A DNA stretch of 49,711 bases, from contig DATBLY010000013.1 in the NCBI GenBank assembly GCA_036555125.1, positions 1 to 49,711 of the forward strand. Direction: 5' to 3'. Numbering within the stretch: the first letter of the stretch is position 1; each line of letters begins with the position of its first letter. The position numbers and the translations under genes were made by a program. Under the pieces are notes generated by a model. It did no database searches. It was not told the origin of the DNA and worked only from the letters and a program-made list of their open reading frames with translations. The DNA comes from Actinomycetota bacterium (GTDB taxonomy: Bacteria > Actinomycetota > UBA4738 > HRBIN12). This document shows, piece after piece, positions 46,273 through 49,711 of this stretch.

Positions 46273-47547
46273 CTACGCCAGATCGGCGAGGGCATCGAGC
46301 ACGCGGTCCACGTCGTCGGGCGTGTGGTAGTGGCAGAACCCGATCCGCACGGCTCCGCCCGTCCCGAGCAGGCCCAGGCGCTCCATGATCGTGATCGCGT
46401 AGTAGTGCCCGTCCCAGACGTAGATCCCGCGGCGTCCGAGCTCCGTGGCCGTCTTCAGCGGCTCCTGGTCCCCGACGCGCACGGCGAAGGTTGGCGTCCG
46501 CTCGTCGACGCGACCGGGATCGCCGATCCCGTAGAGACGGACCCCTGCGAGCGAGGCCAGGCCGTTCAGGAACCGCGTCGCGAGCTCCCGTTCATGGGCG
46601 GCGATCGCCTCGTACCCGGCGACGAGCCGCGCGCGCCTCGAGGCTGCCGCCCGCCCGTCGGTTCCCGCATCCCCGAGCGAGGCCAGGTAGTCGATCGCCG
46701 CCTCCATCCCGGCCAGACCCTCGTGGTTCTGCGTGCCGGTCTCCCATCGTTCCGGAGCCTCCTCCGGCGCCGGACGGAGCTTGTAAGGGGTCCACGTCTC
46801 CAGGAGCTCCCGCCGGACGGCGAGGACCCCGAGGTGTGGGCCGAAGAACTTGTACGGCGAGCAGGCCAGGATGTCGGCATCCAGCCCGGCGCGGTCGAGG
46901 AGCCGGTGCTGTGCGTAGTGGACGCCGTCGACGGCGACGAGCGCGCCCGCGTCGTGCGCGCGCCGGATCAGCTCGGCGGCCGGCGGGATCGTGCCCACGG
47001 CGTTCGACGCGAGCGTGAACGCGACCAGGCGCGTCCGCCCGGTGAGGGCGGCATCGAAGGAAGCGAGGTCGAGCGTCACGTCGTCCTCGTGGACGTCGAC
47101 CCATCGGACGGTCGCGCCCGCATCCTGCGCGGCCAGCACCCACGGCCGGACGTTGGCGTCGTGGTCGAGCGTCGTGACGACGACCTCGTCCCCGGGCCCG
47201 AGCGTCCGGCCGAACGAACGCGAGAGGTGCAGGAGCAGGGTGGTCGCGTTCGGGCCGAAGACCACCTCGCCGGCATCGGTTCCGGTCAGATCGGCCGCCG
47301 CCCGTCGCGCGCTCGCGATCGTGGCGTCCGTCTCCTCGCTGGCCGCGAACGCGCCGTGGGTGTTCGAGATCCCGCGGCGCAGGTGCCGGCCGATCGCCTC
47401 GATCACGGTGTCGGGGACCTGGGAACCCCCGGGCGCGTCGGCGAAGATCACCGGTCGGCCGTCGTCGCTCGTGCGCGCGAGCGCGGGGAACCTCCGTCGG
47501 AGACCGGCGACATCGAGCGCGGCGACCGGTGCCGCGCGGTCGCTCAC
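46273..47547 (-). CDS. Cysteine desulfurase-like class V aminotransferase (PLP)
   Basis: THGAFAAS, DGVHYAQH, SPYKFFGPHLG (PLP Lys), FCHYHT tail. GTG 47547 forms a GTGA overlap with the upstream gene. The 144 upstream codons of the track ORF are R/G shadow. Confidence 0.82.
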   Translation of the reverse strand: MSDRAAPVAALDVAGLRRRFPALARTSDDGRPVIFADAPGGSQVPDTVIEAIGRHLRRGISNTHGAFAASEETDATIASARRAAADLTGTDAGEVVFGPNATTLLLHLSRSFGRTLGPGDEVVVTTLDHDANVRPWVLAAQDAGATVRWVDVHEDDVTLDLASFDAALTGRTRLVAFTLASNAVGTIPPAAELIRRAHDAGALVAVDGVHYAQHRLLDRAGLDADILACSPYKFFGPHLGVLAVRRELLETWTPYKLRPAPEEAPERWETGTQNHEGLAGMEAAIDYLASLGDAGTDGRAAASRRARLVAGYEAIAAHERELATRFLNGLASLAGVRLYGIGDPGRVDERTPTFAVRVGDQEPLKTATELGRRGIYVWDGHYYAITIMERLGLLGTGGAVRIGFCHYHTPDDVDRVLDALADLA

Positions 47548-48359
47548 GGCCGGGAGACCTCGCCCCGCAGGGTGGTGGCCGTGAGCGCCTCGCCGCGCGC
47601 ACGCAGGTCGACGTACAGCAGCACCGCGACGAGCGCCGTGAACGGCGCCGTGACGATGGTGCCGATCGACGTGAAGATCCAGCGCAGGAACCACGCGTCG
47701 CCGCCCAGCGCGCCGATGATGCCCGAGATCGCGCCCGCGATCAGGCCGGCCACGAAGAACACGCCCACGACGTGCCAGAAGTTCCCCCTCACGAGGTTCC
47801 AGGAGCGCCCGAGGGCGTCCGAGCCCCGCCGGTCCTCGACGATCAGCGCGGGGATCGACACGGACAGCATCACCGCGAAGATCAACCCGGGGATCACGAG
47901 CAGGATCAGGCCGCCCACCACGGCGAGCCCGACCAGGATCGAGACCAGGATCACGCTCCCGATGCGCCGGAACCCCCACCGGTAGCTCGTCTCGACGTCG
48001 ATCGGGTCGCCGAGCGTCGCCTGGGCGGCGGCGCGCACGATCGCCGCCTCCAGGAGGGACCAGATGATCAACGAGATCGCGACCGTGATCACGGCCACGA
48101 GCAGAGCGGTCATCACCCCACCCTCGGTGTCGGGATCCCGCGCGACCTGGGTGAGGAGCGTGCTGACGAGCGTGAGCGGCACGACGACGAGCGCCACGAT
48201 CGTGATCAGCCCCGCGGCGTTCGCCTTGTACACGTTGAAGGCCGCCGAGAGGATCTCGCCGAGCGTCTTCGGAGGGATACCGCCCCCAGGCCCGCCCATC
48301 GTGGGCGGGGGTGGCGGAGGTGGAGGTGGCGGGGTGGGTCCGCCTGGGCCGTCGCTCAT
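47544..48359 (-). CDS. Polytopic membrane protein with an N-terminal run of 10 prolines
   Basis: MSDGPGGPT-P10-TMGG, then about 6 hydrophobic segments. High GC3. Confidence 0.7.
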   Translation of the reverse strand: MSDGPGGPTPPPPPPPPPPTMGGPGGGIPPKTLGEILSAAFNVYKANAAGLITIVALVVVPLTLVSTLLTQVARDPDTEGGVMTALLVAVITVAISLIIWSLLEAAIVRAAAQATLGDPIDVETSYRWGFRRIGSVILVSILVGLAVVGGLILLVIPGLIFAVMLSVSIPALIVEDRRGSDALGRSWNLVRGNFWHVVGVFFVAGLIAGAISGIIGALGGDAWFLRWIFTSIGTIVTAPFTALVAVLLYVDLRARGEALTATTLRGEVSRP

Positions 48360-48436
48360 GAAGGTTCCCTTCGGGTCGGTCCGCGCAGCCTAGTCTCTAC
48401 TGCGCCCCGGCGTCCGACGAGGAGGGTGGTCTCGGC

Positions 48437-49267
48437 ATGCGGTTCGGACTGGATATCGCTCAACACCAGCTCTCGTGGGAGGAGGTCGTCTCGCGAGCGC
48501 GCCTCGCCGAGGATGCCGGGTTCGAGGGCGTCTGGGCCTTCGACCACTTCAAGGCGCTGTACGGCGACCCAGGAGGGCCGGCGCTCGAGGCGTGGACCTT
48601 GCTGGCGGGGCTCGCGCGGGAGACGAGCCGGGTCCGCATCGGGACGCTCGTCACGGGCATGACCCACCGCCAGCCGTCGGTGCTCGCGGCTCAGGTGGTC
48701 ACCGTGGACCACCTGTCCGGCGGGCGCGTGGAGTGCGCCGTCGGAGCGGCGTGGAACGAGCCGGAACACCGCGAGCTCGGGATCGCGTTCCCGCCGGCAG
48801 GCGAGCGCATGGACCGCCTCGAGGAGGGCGTGCAGGCGATGCGGCTCCTCTTCACCCAGGACGACGTCACGTTCGAGGGCCGGTACGTCCGTCTCGAACA
48901 CGCGACGTACCGTCCGCGCCCCATCCAGCGGCCTCACCCGCCGATCTGGGTCGGGGGGACGGGGCGGCAACGGCTCCTGCCGATCGCCGGGCGCCACGCC
49001 GACGCGTGGCACGGCTGGGCCGACGACGCCGACGAGCTGCGCTCGATGATGGGGATCGTGGATCGGGCGGCCGAGGAGGCCGGCCGCGACCCTCGGTCGA
49101 TCCTGCGGGCCTCGAGCCTGTCGATCTCCGAGCCGTGGGACGAGGTCCGCCGGTCCTACGAGTGGATGGCGGGTTGCGGGGTCCGCTACCTGGTGGTGGA
49201 GTGGCCGAGCGAGGGGCAGGAGAGGCTCGAGACGTTCATCGCGGACGTGATGCCGGACCTCGGCTGA
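48437..49267 (+). CDS. Luciferase-like (LLM class) flavin/F420-dependent oxidoreductase
   Basis: MRFGLDI...AEDAGFEGVWAFDHF, LDHLSGGR, HPPIWVGG. Confidence 0.8.
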   Translation: MRFGLDIAQHQLSWEEVVSRARLAEDAGFEGVWAFDHFKALYGDPGGPALEAWTLLAGLARETSRVRIGTLVTGMTHRQPSVLAAQVVTVDHLSGGRVECAVGAAWNEPEHRELGIAFPPAGERMDRLEEGVQAMRLLFTQDDVTFEGRYVRLEHATYRPRPIQRPHPPIWVGGTGRQRLLPIAGRHADAWHGWADDADELRSMMGIVDRAAEEAGRDPRSILRASSLSISEPWDEVRRSYEWMAGCGVRYLVVEWPSEGQERLETFIADVMPDLG

Positions 49268-49276
49268 GTCGACCCG

Positions 49277-49711
49277 TCACGTCAGGTCCCAGCCGTGCGG
49301 GAGCTCCGGCCGGGCCCACGCCGGATCGGGTCGCCAGCCCTCCCAGTCGCGATCGAACGGCGGCTGCCCGAGCAGGACGTGCTCGACGCCCCGCTCGCCC
49401 CAGTGACGGAACCACGCGGCGTCCTGCTCGGAGAATAGACCCAGCGCAACAGCCTCCGCCAACTCGTCCTCGTCCTTCCAGCTCCACGACGACCGGTCGA
49501 GCGGGATCACCACGTCGATCACGTGGTCCACGGTGTCGAACCCGATGGGTGCGCGCGCGAGCGCCGCCTGCAGGTTCACGTACCACCCGCGCGGCGAGCC
49601 GTCGGGCTCCTGCGTGAACAGGATCGCGTACGGGGTGTCGGGCCACGCCCACGACAGGACCCCGAACGCGAGGTGCTCCCGCAGCTCCAGGTGCCAGGGA
49701 CGATCGGGGAT
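49277..49711 (-). CDS. DUF402-family (FomD-like nucleotide phosphatase) protein. The N-terminus lies beyond the right window edge.
   Basis: Translation remains open to the edge: IPDRPWHLELREH...GWYVNLQAALARAP..DTVDHVIDVVI. The WYVN.. and D..LD core is typical of DUF402. The track M at 49579 is internal. Confidence 0.7.
   Translation of the reverse strand: MPDRPWHLELREHLAFGVLSWAWPDTPYAILFTQEPDGSPRGWYVNLQAALARAPIGFDTVDHVIDVVIPLDRSSWSWKDEDELAEAVALGLFSEQDAAWFRHWGERGVEHVLLGQPPFDRDWEGWRPDPAWARPELPHGWDLT

Overview
This is a very GC-rich window (about 70% by eye, with third codon positions almost all G/C). It is densely coding, with about 50 genes and no rRNA, tRNA, CRISPR array or mobile element that I could recognise. 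Because of the GC content, most long ORFs in the six-frame track are Arg/Gly/Pro-rich shadows. I chose real frames by recognisable protein families, GC3, RBS-like GGAGG motifs and start/stop overlaps (GTGA/ATGA). All start coordinates were worked out by hand.

The lineage looks like Actinomycetota. Evidence: a WhiB regulator, a PASTA-domain PknB kinase, and the arrangement WhiB / GT4 / zinc-ribbon / SRPBCC / ArsA-like ATPase.

Content from left to right:
1. A secreted protein with at least 11 tandem Calx-beta repeats (minus strand). It is missing from the ORF track because it runs off the window edge. gmhA and hddA (heptose genes) lie next to it.
2. A translationally coupled chain: ArsA-like, small Cys protein, ROK glucokinase, LLM oxidoreductase, 5-formyl-THF cyclo-ligase.
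3. A folate/C1 block: two tandem GcvT-family paralogs and formate-THF ligase.
4. A cNMP-CBS-DUF294 nucleotidyltransferase coupled to a DEDDh exonuclease.
5. A formate dehydrogenase locus (fdhD, catalytic subunit, NuoE-NuoF fusion, Fe-S module, mobA). The alpha subunit is split and gene-order permuted. The catalytic residue is an in-frame TGA (selenocysteine) followed by an fdhF-like SECIS hairpin.
6. A P-loop GTPase resembling cyclic-2,3-diphosphoglycerate synthetase, next to carbamate kinase.
7. Two tandem phosphofructokinases, threonine aldolase, a short SUOX-fold Mo-enzyme, endonuclease IV and pknB.
8. A TPP riboswitch in front of thiE plus a PurM/HypE-like protein, then psuK/psuG.
9. sqdB (UDP-sulfoquinovose synthase) with a membrane GT2.
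10. A cysteine-desulfurase-like enzyme, a poly-proline membrane protein, an LLM oxidoreductase and a partial DUF402 gene.

The most interesting items are the Sec-containing split/permuted FDH, the DUF294-exonuclease pair, the nonapeptide-repeat/RDD/VIT operon, the riboswitch-controlled PurM-like gene, the GTPase-carbamate kinase pair and the sqdB-GT2 pair.
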